In this document: positions 9,411-19,914 of the stretch, piece after piece
Position numbering within the stretch: position 1 is the stretch's first letter
Layout of the letters: the number at the start of each line of letters is the position of its first letter
Assembly: GCA_965219095.1 (NCBI GenBank)
Contig: CBDCMT010000001.1
Span: 1,920,001-1,984,000 of the forward strand
Source of the DNA: Bdellovibrionales bacterium
GTDB taxonomy: Bacteria > Bdellovibrionota > Bdellovibrionia > Bdellovibrionales > UBA1609
DNA length: 64,000 nt
Direction of reading: 5' to 3'
The notes under the pieces: generated by a model
The model's database searches: none
What the model was told of the DNA's origin: nothing
The model's input: the letters and a program-made list of their open reading frames with translations, nothing else
Position numbers and translations under genes: made by a program

Positions 9411-10164
9411 GGCTCCTCCCGGGAATCTGTGGGTAAAAAGTAGTAGAAATCCCCCAAAAGAGCTCATATTAATCAAAGTAAGAGTAAGACATCCTATCTT
9501 GTATTTTTGAGTTCTTTGAGGCCCTTACTGGCCTCTATCGCCTTTGGCGATTGAACTCAAAAACATTCTTTTATTTGCTGTATTACATTAAAATTTAAAA
9601 AAAGAAGCACCTACTTCCCAGATGCCTTAAAATGTTATTCAAAAAAAAAAAAAAAGGAGGGAAGAGATGCTTTTGAAGACTATACTAAATGATTGTTTAA
9701 GATGGAAGTCTTTTGTATACGGAGACATTTATTTTTCAAAAGATAGAAAGTCAATTAATGTTCCTATTAAGGCTCGTAAAAATGGCCAAGCTTTTTGTAG
9801 TGTTTGTAAGAAGCCCTGTTCAGTGTATGACAGCAGTAAATCATCACGGGACTTTGAATCCTTTCCTATTTTAAGTTACAGGGTGTTTTTTGTTTATTTT
9901 GTAAGAAGAGTTAATTGTCCTTGCTGTGGGGTAAAAGTTGAACATTTACCTTGGGCCGATGGTAAGAAGAGTTTAACGATCTTTTACATGAAGTATTTAG
10001 CAGACTGGTGTCGTCACCTGTCTTGGAAAGAGGTTTCTTGTAAGTTTCATGTCAGTTGGAATCAGGTCTATGCTTCGGTAGAATGGGTCGTAGAATATGG
10101 TTTAAAACAAAGGGTTTTAAAGGGAATACAAGCTATAGGTGTAGATGAAATACAATGGAAAAAG
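9411..10164 (+). mobile_element. ISL3 copy truncated by IS66 (transposase fragment starts at 9667)
   Basis: Matches 33502 onward up to IGVDEIQWKK, then switches to the GTAA IS66 end. Confidence 0.95.
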
Positions 10165-11662
10165 GTAACTGCTCACCTACATTGTTCAGTTATCCCTAAC
10201 TTTAGACCTGTTTTTAAGATAAAAGTCTTGCTCTTACAGATTTTCTTTTAAATACTTTTTTCAAATGACAATAAATAAGACCTCCATCAGAAATGAGATT
10301 GAAAATATAAGAAGTGACTTTGATAAGTTTGCAAAGAAAGGTTCTATGCCTACTGAGATTTCTGTGATTGTTGAATCTCTCTTTAAGGTTGTGAACATTC
10401 TGATTGTTGTGCTTTTAGAAAAACAGGTTCGAAAAAATTCCAGCAACAGCGGTCTTCCTCCTTCGCAAGATTTTAGTCGTCAAGGGAATCGTAATAAGAA
10501 AGCTAGTGGGAGTCAAAAAAAGGGCTCTAGACTTGATAACAGTAAAGATACAAACAGTGAGGAGACTGTCTCTCCCTCAGAGTGTTCTCAGTGTGGGATG
10601 TGTTTAAAGACAGCAGAGGTAAAAAGCCTTGAGAAGCGTAAAAAGATTGATATTTTTTATGAAATTCAGACCCATACTGTAACTTCTGAAGTTAAGGATT
10701 GTCCCTCATGTGGAGCTAGAAATAAAGGTCAATTCCCTAAAGGTATGAGTGGTCCTCTTCAGTATGGTGTAGGCATTAGAGCTTCCATCATCAATTTCAT
10801 TATAGTTCAGATGCTGTCTTTTAGAGCGTGTTGGGGAACATTACATGGGGCTTATAGGTCGAATGATTTCTCCTGCAGTTATGTTGAGATACATTGCTGA
10901 ATTAGGAGAGTTTCTTAAAAGTTGGGAAGAGCAGATGAAAGAAAAGATACTTGAATCAGAGGTCATTCATGTTGATGAGACCTCTATGAGGGTTAAGGGT
11001 AAAAACTACTGGATTCATACTTATAGTTCAGGAGAATTAGTCTTGCAGTTTCTCCACCTTTCAGGTGGAAGGGAAGCCATAAAAGATATTGGTCTCTTGG
11101 ATAGATATGGAGGAGTGCTTGTGCATGATTGTTGGAGTCCTTACTTTTGTTATGATAAGATAACTCATGCTTTGTGTGTGGCTCACCTTTTGAGAGAGCT
11201 TAAATTTATAGAAGAAAGCAATGGATTCAAATGGGCTACAAATCTCAAAAAACTTCTTAAAGAGACTGTGGAGTTAGTTCATAAAAAAGAGTCAAGAGTT
11301 CTGACTCAAAAAGAGTACGAAACTCTTCAGAGAAGGTATAGGAGTATTCTTACAAAAGGCTTAAAAGAGCTTCCAGAATTTCCTAAGAAAAATGGCAAGA
11401 AAGGACGAATAAAGCATACACAAGCTCAGAACCTTTGGCTGCGATTTAAAAAGTATGAAGCAGAAATACTGTGCTTTGCTAAAAGAAAGAACGTAGATCC
11501 TACTAATAACAGAACTGAAAGAGATCTAAGAATGACTAAAGTGAAAAAGAAAGTGTCAGGGTGTTTCAGAACAGAAGAAATGGCGAAATATTTTTGTCGT
11601 ATTACCAGCTATGTTAAAACAATGAGAAATAGAGGGTATTCTTCTTTAGAAGCCATCTCTAT
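10165..11662 (+). mobile_element. IS66-family element (single-ORF type); transposase frameshifted (10265-10900 / 10845-11687), right end lost
   Basis: GTAACTGCTCAC end; NSSNSGLPPSQD, HVDET, HDCW, LCVAHLLREL, TNNRTERDLR motifs. Confidence 0.9.
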
Positions 11663-12034
11663 CCTGAGTTTGCCCTTTCAAATTTAGCTATTACTTTAAG
11701 TACCTGAAATAACTAGGTTTATGCACTGTTCCAATGAAAAAGACATACTACATTTTTCTACATACCAAAAGCTCTCCAATAAATATTCACAATTATGTTA
11801 TTTCATAGGCTCTTTCAGGAAACTCCTTTCCAAAGAGCTTATAAATTTTCTTAGCCTTTGCAGATAACTTACGAGGAAGGCCATAAGCTTTAGAGGGAAC
11901 TTTTACTCTATTTCGAATAATATTAGTCTCTACATCCTTAAGAGTCTCAATAAGCTCTTGGGAGCTAATATTCACCCCTGCTTCTTTTAAAGTTATTTCT
12001 GTACTTCTCAGAACCACATAAGCTAAAAAACAAA
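11663..12034 (-). mobile_element. IS1634-family right end and transposase C-terminus
   Basis: CCTGAGTT tip as at 63054; CFLAYVVLR parallels CYLSCLIL in 61470-63041. Confidence 0.7.
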
Positions 12035-12082
12035 GCCTCCTCAAAAGAACCTCCGGGAACCCACAGATTCTTTTGAGGAGGC
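12035..12082 (+). mobile_element. 48-bp ISL3 mini-element with two IRR tips
   Basis: GCCTCCTCAAAAGAA-CCTCCGGGAACCCACAGA-TTCTTTTGAGGAGGC. Confidence 0.9.
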
Positions 12083-12456
12083 TTAATTTATAAGTCTTTA
12101 AATCAGGAATTTTTTTGCTTTTAAGAGCCTTCTTCATTCACTTATTAATCTAGTGCTTTAGCCAGTAAATTTTTTTCATAACTTCACCTTAGAAGAACTG
12201 TAAAAGAATTAACTGGTCAGAACACTAGCATTGAATAAGATACTTTTCCAAAAGAAAAATTGCCTATTTTCAATTGTTTCCTAAAATTGATTTTTCAGAC
12301 CTTTTTAGCACTTAGGTGTAAACCTGAATAAGGCTCCCTTCTATCTTTTGAAAAATAAATGTCTCCATACACAGAAGACTTCCATTTTAAACAATCATTT
12401 AGTATAGTCTTCAAAAACATCTCTTCCCTCCGATGTTGGTTTGGTTTCCTTGATTA

Positions 12457-12636
12457 AACATTTTAAGGCATCTGGGAAGTAGATGCCTCTTTTTCATAGA
12501 TGATTTACCGATAGAGGCCAAGAGGTCTCAAAAAACTCAAAAATACAGACAGGAATCTTACTCTTACTTTGCTTGATATGACTCCCTTTTGGTGGATTTC
12601 TAACTACTTTTCACCCACAGATTTCCGGGAGGAGTC
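12457..12636 (-). repeat. Diverged ISL3 left end and leader remnant
   Basis: Reverse complement aligns to 9411-9635 with substitutions and a deletion. Confidence 0.85.
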
Positions 12637-12698
12637 AATTTTTTTAAAATTCTGTAAAATGATTTGATTTCAATGAAGTTGTTTGATAAATTAGAACG

Positions 12699-13592
12699 AT
12701 GAAGTTAGATCAATTGAGCTATTTTTTGGAAACAGCACGACATGAGCATATTGGAAAGGCTTCAAAAATATTAGCTATCAGTCCCAGTGCTATAAGCCAT
12801 AGCCTTTCTTGTTTACAAGAGGAGTTAGGACAAGCTCTTTTTAAGAAAAGAGGGAAGAGAATCTTTCTAACCAGTCATGGTGAACTTTTAAAAAAAAGAG
12901 CTTTTGAGATTCTTACTCAGGTAGAGAAAGTAAAAGAGGAGGTTTCGTCAGATCATGTTCATTTATCGGGACATTATCGATTGGCAGCCAGTCATATGCT
13001 CTGCTCTCATATTTTAACTCCAGCTTGGAGTCAGATTCAAAATCAAAACTCTAAAATAACAGCAGAAATTTATACAAGAAGATCTTCCGAAGTTCTTAAA
13101 GGTATATTAGATGGCGAGTATAACTTGGGTTTATGTTTTAGTCCTCAAGAACACCCAGATGTTGAAATGATTCGTATTTTAGAGGGTGATCTTTTAATTT
13201 TTGCAAGGAAAAATCATCCAGTTTTCAAGGATTCTAAAGCACAACTGAAGAGAATTACAGAATATCCAGCTGTTTTACCAAAATCTTTTAGTGGTATTGA
13301 AATTTGTGAAACTCACCCTGTATTTAAAAGGTTTGATTTAATTCCTCATGTGGATTGTATGTTTGATAGTTACGAGATTGCTTTGAGAAAAATGCTTTCA
13401 TCAAATTCTTGGAGCCTTATGCCGGACCTTATGATTCAATATGCACACAAAAAAATTAAACCCATTAAAGTTCCTAGAGGTTGGGATGCTATGTACAATA
13501 TTTCAATTGTTTATCCTAAAAACAGACTTTTGACAAAAGCACTTATGCAAGTAGTAGAGTTAATTAAGGTACAACTTTTAGCAGTGAAGTAG
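12699..13592 (+). CDS. LysR-family transcriptional regulator
   Basis: N-terminal MKLDQLSYF...ISPSAISHSL...LGQALF HTH; 297 aa. Confidence 0.95.
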   Translation: MKLDQLSYFLETARHEHIGKASKILAISPSAISHSLSCLQEELGQALFKKRGKRIFLTSHGELLKKRAFEILTQVEKVKEEVSSDHVHLSGHYRLAASHMLCSHILTPAWSQIQNQNSKITAEIYTRRSSEVLKGILDGEYNLGLCFSPQEHPDVEMIRILEGDLLIFARKNHPVFKDSKAQLKRITEYPAVLPKSFSGIEICETHPVFKRFDLIPHVDCMFDSYEIALRKMLSSNSWSLMPDLMIQYAHKKIKPIKVPRGWDAMYNISIVYPKNRLLTKALMQVVELIKVQLLAVK

Positions 13593-13906
13593 AGGATGTT
13601 CATAGTTCCATTGAAGTTTGCAAAACACAAGCCCCCTTCAAAATAAGTCTTGAAGTAAAAAAAATTAAAAGAGGCCTTGCTTAATAGAATCGAGTTACCA
13701 ATAACCTATAAATTTTCTAAATGAGAAAAACATATTTAACATATTGATATGATGAAAAAACTCTACTCTTAGTTGTTTTTGAAGCAATATGTTAATTTTT
13801 TTAGAAAGTAAAAATTAGTTTGACAAAATTAGTAAAAAGGAATAACTTCAAAAAATAAAAGAAATATAGAGTAAAAAGTCTAACAAAATAAAAAAGGGAG
13901 GGGTTT

Positions 13907-14854
13907 ATGATAAAAACTGTTTTTATCATGGTTGTAGCGTTAGTTTTATCTTTTCAGAAAGGTGCTTTTACTTACGCTGCTCTCAGTCAAGATAGTGTTA
14001 ATCAAGATAGTGTAAGAAAAATTACAGAGTATTTAGGAAAATACAAAAAATATGAATATTGGGATTTTTTGCAGACCGAATTTCTTCTCCCTACTCATTC
14101 ACCACAGCTTGTTATAGGCTCTTCTATTGATTCAAACCATTATTTTGCTAAAAATTCTGTTTTGATCATTTTGGTTAGCGATGAAGGGACTGGTATTTGT
14201 TCTGGATCTGTTCTTACAAAACATTTCATACTCACAGCAGCTCATTGTCTTAAATCTGTTAACGAAGCTTATATTTTTACAAATAATCTTATTTCTACCA
14301 AAGATGTTGTCAAAGAGATCAGAAAAGGAATGGATGGAAAGTTTTTTAAGGTTACAAAAAACTCCTTTGAAGTGAGTCCATGCTACCATCCTAGTAATAA
14401 TTCTGCATGTGATATTGCAATGATTTTTGTTCCTGAAGCTTTAAATAAACATGATGTACAAGTCACTTCTGTAAGGCTTATTGGTTCTGGGTCTGGGCCT
14501 TATGTTTTGACTGGTTATGGGATGCCACCGAAAACAAGCAGGCCATCTAGCGATGAAGATGAGGTATGGGTATTAAGAGGAGTAGAAGTTGATTTGTTCT
14601 ATAATGACCAGGCCATTGTTTATACCCATAGAAGAAGATTTGGGCGGCACGTTGGTGTTGTACAAGGTGACTCAGGGGGCCCTATGTACGAAAAGGCAAG
14701 TGATGGAAGTTATGTGCAAGTAGGAGTCAATGTTGCTAAGTCTACTCATTATAATATTTCAGTAAAAGTCGATAGGCATCTATCTTGGATGCAAGGAATT
14801 ATGAAAAGTCGCACCGCTACTACTCTTAGTGCTGGATTAAATCTTGCAAATTAA
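13907..14854 (+). CDS. Secreted trypsin-like (S1) serine protease
   Basis: Signal peptide; catalytic triad LTAAHC, DIAMI, GDSGGP. Confidence 0.92.
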   Translation: MIKTVFIMVVALVLSFQKGAFTYAALSQDSVNQDSVRKITEYLGKYKKYEYWDFLQTEFLLPTHSPQLVIGSSIDSNHYFAKNSVLIILVSDEGTGICSGSVLTKHFILTAAHCLKSVNEAYIFTNNLISTKDVVKEIRKGMDGKFFKVTKNSFEVSPCYHPSNNSACDIAMIFVPEALNKHDVQVTSVRLIGSGSGPYVLTGYGMPPKTSRPSSDEDEVWVLRGVEVDLFYNDQAIVYTHRRRFGRHVGVVQGDSGGPMYEKASDGSYVQVGVNVAKSTHYNISVKVDRHLSWMQGIMKSRTATTLSAGLNLAN

Positions 14855-14882
14855 GGTACAAAACTTTAGCAATGAAATAAGA

Positions 14883-14906
14883 GAGTCTGTAAATTAAATT
14901 GTGTAA
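14883..14906 (+). repeat. Orphan IS256-like end (copy 1 of 5)
   Basis: GAGTCTGTAAATTAAATTGTGTAA; other copies at 16883-16918, 23356-23392, 25634-25665, 29590-29625. Confidence 0.7.
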
Positions 14907-14986
14907 TTTACTGCTCAAAGCACTAGTTTTTACCATATTCTGCAAAATAAAAAATGTTAAAGTCTGGCTAATGAGTGAAAAAAACA

Positions 14987-15299
14987 ATGAGTCCCACAGT
15001 ATTTAGAAAAAATGGTTATCGATTTCGCTCTTCTTCTCTAGAGAAGAAGAGCGAAAGCATATCCATGTAACCTCAGCAGGGAGAGGCTAAGTTCTGGTTG
15101 GATCCAGAACTGAGTTGTCAAAAAACTTTCAATATATAGTGTGAATACGCTTAGATTTTCCTGTCGATTCTCTAGAGAAAAAACTTGAAAATCTAAATGG
15201 AAGCACTATATAAGAAAATAGCTTAGAATTATAGAGACGGTAATAGAGGAGAATTATAATGAAATCATCAAAGCTTGGCAAAAACACTTTGGCAGTTGA
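14987..15299 (+). pseudogene. DUF4160-family toxin pseudogene
   Basis: MSPTVFRKNGYRF...SREEERKHIHV...EAKFWL...EIIKAWQKHFGS across frameshifts; interrupted by a MITE. Confidence 0.8.
15135..15212. mobile_element. IS630-derived MITE of about 76 bp at a TA site
   Basis: TATAGTG...TTAGATTTTC / GAAAATCTAAATGGAAGCACTATA; the right end matches the IS630 tip at 18175. Confidence 0.75.
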
Positions 15300-15522
15300 G
15301 GTAACCAATATATCTCAACATGGTATATGGCTTCTTACTCAAGGTTCAGAGTTTTTTATGTCTTTTCGTGATTTTCCATGGTTTAAAGCCCAAACAGTTG
15401 AAGCCATATTAAACGTAGAAGAAGTGTCTCCAAATCATTATTATTGGCCATTGATAGATGTTGATTTGAGTAAAGAAATTATAAAAAACTCTGACAGATT
15501 TCCTTTAAAAATAAAAACTTAA
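15259..15522 (+). CDS. DUF2442-family putative antitoxin
   Basis: VEVTNISQHGIWLL, FPWFK, YWPLIDVDLS, RFPL; overlaps the DUF4160 gene end. Confidence 0.85.
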   Translation: MKSSKLGKNTLAVEVTNISQHGIWLLTQGSEFFMSFRDFPWFKAQTVEAILNVEEVSPNHYYWPLIDVDLSKEIIKNSDRFPLKIKT

Positions 15523-15527
15523 GTTGT

Positions 15528-16660
15528 GCTAAAAAATCTGTTTGCATATGGGAGCGTTTTTTAAAGATGAAGTTGTAGGTGGCTCTTGGTTAGTTCGTTC
15601 TGTTTTGATAGCTTTGTATTCTGGAAGAAGTTCTTTTAAAAGAGATTCGTCTAAAGCTCTAACTAATTTTTCCCACTGAGGATGTTTCTTTGCAAAGTCT
15701 TTTAATAAAACTTTTTCTACTAGGGCGTGTCCTCATTTGACTGGACCTTTGCTTTGAAGTTTAAGCCAAATAAACATACACGCTATAGATAGTATAGCTT
15801 TGAAATTTCTAGCAAGCTTTTCAAATCGAGTAGCAATGCCTCTAAAATGTTTAAGACGAGCAAAAAGGTTTTCTATCTGATGTCGAGATTTATAAATATG
15901 ACGATCAAAATCTTTATTTTTCTTTTTGCTATTTTTTCGTCTCGGTATTACAGGCTTTATCTTCTTACTATGAGCTTTATCTCGTATCTCATCTGAATCA
16001 TAGGCCTTATCAGCAATCAAATACTCACTATGAAACTCATCAATTAAATCACCTGCAACTTGACTGTCGTGGACTTCACCCCCAGTGATTTTAAAACAGA
16101 GCGGATTTCCATGCGCATCGGAGGCCATGTGTATTTTTGTTGTGGTTCCGCCTCTAGATTTTCCCACAGCACGACTTTCTCCACGCCGAGCTCCACTAGC
16201 ATGCTGATGAACCGATACGTAACTTCCGTCGATGGACACCCACTCTGTATCAACGTCTTCTTGTAAAGTAAAAAAAAATTATTCCATAGCCCTTTTTGTG
16301 CCCATCTATTAAAGCGGTTATATGCTGTCTTCCAAGGACAGAACTGTTCAGGAATGTCACGCCACGGACTGCCTGTACGTAATTTTCATAAAATGGCTTC
16401 CATAATATTTCTATTGTTTGCTGAATGATAACAGCCCTTCCCTCTTATAATAGCTTCCAGATCCTTTCACATAGAATCTGTTAAAACTTTTCTTAACATA
16501 AATACCCCCTTTGTTATGAGCTTTTTACAATCTTTATAAATATTCAACAGGCCTAAGGTCTTGAAAAAGGTCTAGGCAAATGAGGACACGCCCTAGAGTA
16601 CGTTGAAAATCATAGCTCCTTATTCTTATCAAGTCTTCAATCCAACCTGCCCATGTTATG
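15528..16660 (-). pseudogene. C-terminal remnant of a secreted-protein paralog, split by IS5
   Basis: After removing the IS: WIEDLIRIRSYDFQRTLVEKVLLKDFAKKHPQWEKLV...ICKQIF*, similar to the C-terminus of 48362-50182. Confidence 0.55.
15723..16593 (-). mobile_element. IS5-family (IS427-like) element; orfA has two nonsense codons, orfB 15733-16239
   Basis: 17-bp IRs GGGCGTGTCCTCATTTG; TA duplication in CTAG; KSRGGTTTKIH, ADKAYD, IENLFARLKHFRGIATRFEK. Confidence 0.93.
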
Positions 16661-17038
16661 GGGTAATACCAATTACAGAAATTAATTCGACATTTTCATG
16701 TTCAAATTTAAAATTTTAAAATTGACTTAAGGAAAAGTTTCAATTAGGAGGCTTTAAAAAAGCTTTTTTTGAGGGGAGGTTAAGTTTTCATAAGATATGT
16801 TTATTTCAAGTATATCTATTTGTTGTGTGAATCGATTGATGGGTTAAAATAAGTGAGAGAAAGTGAGGTTAAAATTTAAAATGAAAAAAATCAGTTACAC
16901 AATTTAATTTATAGGTTCAAATTAATTTACAAGCTTGATTCATCTTGTTGTTTTGCCCAAGATCGAGTGCATAATTTTTTAATCCTGCCCTCCTGATCGC
17001 AAAAAGTATTCCAGGCCTCACAACAAGTATTCAGTATA

Positions 17039-18175
17039 TAGTGCTTCCGTTTAGGTTTTCAGGTTCCTAAGATGGAGAAGTTATCAGTTATCAAAGTTTC
17101 TAATTTAGGCCTGTGTTTTCGTATTCCTCTAAAAAATTGACTTAAACTTCCCTTGAAATCGTCATAGTTTTCATAATATCGATTCGCTGTGACCTCTTTT
17201 TTCATAAACTTCCAAAGCCTTTCTATAGGATTTAAATTCGGTGAATACGGAGGAAGATAAACAAGTTTTATATTCAACTCTTTCGCTAACTTCTTGACAG
17301 ACTTCGATCTATTGTATCCGGCCCCATCTAAGATAAGATGAATCTCTTTTTCATCGGGATGCTTCTTGCGAAGATGATGGAGCATATCACATAGAAAAAC
17401 TTCGTTAACTGTCTTATAACTCCTGACTACCGTCTTCAAACTATTGATCTCAATAGCTCCACAAACATTCACTCTTTTTCTCCAGCCTGAATTGGTCTTC
17501 ACTTCAAACTTCTTACCCTCTCTTATCCAACCATATGAAATCGTAGGGCCCCACTCAGGATGTGTGGAATCAGCAAAGTAAACAGGACTGTCTTTCTTCT
17601 TAATTCTCTTGTATTTACGCACAAACTTTTTCTGCTCTTCTCTCTTTGCCTTACCTGGTATCGCTGTGGCTTTTTTATAAGAAAAACCAAGGCGATGGAG
17701 AAGATCAATCACACCACTTGTTGAGTACGTAACACTAAAATTCTCCTCAATGAATTGGATGACAGACTGTGATGATGGAAAAATTCTTTTCTCTAATTCC
17801 TTTAAAAGCATTTTCTCCTCTTTCTTAGTTAAAAAGGACCTTTTAGGGTTGTAATTGTCGTTGATTAAGCACTCTATCCCACCTTTGTTATAACGATTTC
17901 TACAGGCTCTTATCGTGCCCTCATCAATGAAAAGAAAACGGGAAATATCTTTACACAACTCACCTTTATCTAAATGGAGAATTGTCATAATCCTTTTTAC
18001 GTATTTAAGATTTTTCTCTAGAGATAGTTCATAGAGTAAATCTTTTCGCTCTTTTTTTGATAGAAACCCTGACATATGAAACTATTTTTAAAAATAAATG
18101 ACTTTTTATCAAGGCCTTAGAACAAAAACTAGACCTCAACTCAAAAAAAAACGGAAAACCTAAGCGGAAGCACTA
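17039..18175 (-). mobile_element. IS630-family element A, intact
   Basis: IRs TAGTGCTTCCG(T/C)TTAGGTTTTC; TA duplication at 17037-17038 and 18176-18177. Confidence 0.93.
17059..18075 (-). CDS. IS630 transposase
   Basis: GFSYKK, YFADST, ILDGAGYN, LPPYSPNLNPIERLW. Confidence 0.95.
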   Translation of the reverse strand: MSGFLSKKERKDLLYELSLEKNLKYVKRIMTILHLDKGELCKDISRFLFIDEGTIRACRNRYNKGGIECLINDNYNPKRSFLTKKEEKMLLKELEKRIFPSSQSVIQFIEENFSVTYSTSGVIDLLHRLGFSYKKATAIPGKAKREEQKKFVRKYKRIKKKDSPVYFADSTHPEWGPTISYGWIREGKKFEVKTNSGWRKRVNVCGAIEINSLKTVVRSYKTVNEVFLCDMLHHLRKKHPDEKEIHLILDGAGYNRSKSVKKLAKELNIKLVYLPPYSPNLNPIERLWKFMKKEVTANRYYENYDDFKGSLSQFFRGIRKHRPKLETLITDNFSILGT

Positions 18176-19397
18176 TATGGTCATAGTTTTTAAAACATGC
18201 ATTCGATAATTTGATCCTTCGTAATTGTTGCCAGACTTGTTCCATGGGATTTAATTCTGGACTATAAGGAGGTAAAGGCATCAGGGATAAATTCTTAGGA
18301 ACTATTAAAGTCTCTGTGGTATGCCAACTGGCTCTGTCCATTAAAACAATTCCATGATAGTTTTCTTGAATATTTTTAGATATCTCATCTAAGTGAATTT
18401 GCATCATCCCTGAATTACATTCCGGTAAAATCCAAGCACAGCCTTTATCTCTATCCGGACAAACTGCTCCAAAAATATAAGTGGATAAAAATTGTCTTTG
18501 TCTCACCACTCTAGGCCGTGTGCCTTTTCTTGCCCAAATCCTGCTTAAAGAACCTTGCTGAGCTTATTCTGCATTCATCCTGCCACCAAATCTCTATTTT
18601 ATGAGTCTGAATCTTTTCTTTTATTTTCTCCACCTCTTCTGGAAAATGTTCCTTAAACTGTTCCATAGCTTCTTAATGAACTTTTAGGATGAAGAGAACG
18701 ACCACTGATCCATACAATATTAAGGCGGTCTAAAGAAACATAAACCCCAGAAAGAGAATAGCAACAGTTAAATTCATCTGCTAAAAGTTTCTGTATTCCC
18801 TTTGCTCCTATGCTTCCTCCCTCTCTTTTGTCTTGAATTTCATCTAACTTGATTTTGAAGTTCTCTTCTTCTGTCACTGGCAAACGAGGCTTGCGTCCTC
18901 TGCCTTCTCGATCTATCAATCCCTCGTAATCAAAGTCTACAAAAAAAGACTGTAACCAGGATTTGATACTGTGACGGTGATACAAAACCATACCTGCTGT
19001 TTCTTGAATCGATTTTCCTTCTTGCATATGGTGCAAAGCCAATAATTTTGTCTTGATGTTGGCACTTCTTTCTACTTTGTAAGTAGCTAGAAAATTATAC
19101 CCTTGAATCTGTGTAACTAAATCTTTTTTCGACATGACTCTAAAAATTTAACAGAGTTTTATCAAAAAGCCAGGACGCAATACATTAAAAGAATGTCGAA
19201 TTAATTTTTGGAAATGGTATAAATCTCGAATTATGAAATCTTTTGACAAGAGGTCTATCATGGGTTCTTCGAAAATAGTATAGAGCCCTCGAAATCTTAA
19301 TCTTTCCATCATGGTTTTCTCAACTCAATGATCAAGTTGCAACTATCACATTTTAAGAATGATCCGACTTCAGCGTTTTCCACTACTAAAACTTCAT

Positions 19398-19573
19398 AAA
19401 ACTGCCAGAAAACCTCCGGGAACCCACAGATTCTTTTGAAGAGGCAATTAGCCTCCTCAAAAGAATCTGTGGGTTCCCGGAGGTTCTGGCAGTTTTCCAA
19501 GGTTATGATATAAGGCGATTTTTATAGCTTTAGAGGTTCTAAAGCCGTAAGATTTTCTCATAGTGAGTTTTAC
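19398..19573. repeat. Head-to-head ISL3 IRR-IRR junction with 5-bp spacer
   Basis: ...TTTTGAAGAGGC AATTA GCCTCCTCAAAAG... Confidence 0.9.
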
Positions 19574-19914
19574 TCTTTCCTCTCGTAGCAGAACTTAAGA
19601 GGAGGGAAAATAACTGTTAGAACTCCTAGTAAAAAAATGGTTTTAAAAATAGCTTTTGTTTTCATATTCTTTATCTCCTTTCTTTTACTAACTTACTTTA
19701 TTAAGTAGTTTAATTTAAGGTTATAAAAAAATCAAGTAAAAAAGATTGATTATTACAATTTTAGAAAAATTATAATAATTTGCGAGCAGAGAAGTTTTGA
19801 AAGTGAGACAATTTTTGTCAGTGTATAAAGTTTATACACTTTTTTAAGCTACTCTTTGTAAAGTACTCCTTAAGAAATTGAGGTTTAAAAGCTTTTTAAA
19901 AGATCTCGACTGGC

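Larger units (their letters stand above)
16925..19221 (-). mobile_element. IS630-family element B, frameshifted and split by IS630 element A
   Basis: orfA 18653-19135; DDE part LPPYSPELNPME resumes after the insertion as HILNTCCEAWN...LCTRSW; tip TATACCATTTCCAAAAATTAATTCGAC. Confidence 0.85.

Noticed and set aside
9504..9563. Three-stem junction as a hammerhead ribozyme or tRNA
   Set aside because: No CUGANGA/GAAA core on either strand; no T-loop or fourth arm
16270..16499. Two TGA codons at expected Trp positions in IS5 orfA, suggesting TGA recoding
   Set aside because: TGA ends conserved genes here (actA, ISL3 transposase, MTase) and Trp is TGG in intact genes; these are nonsense mutations
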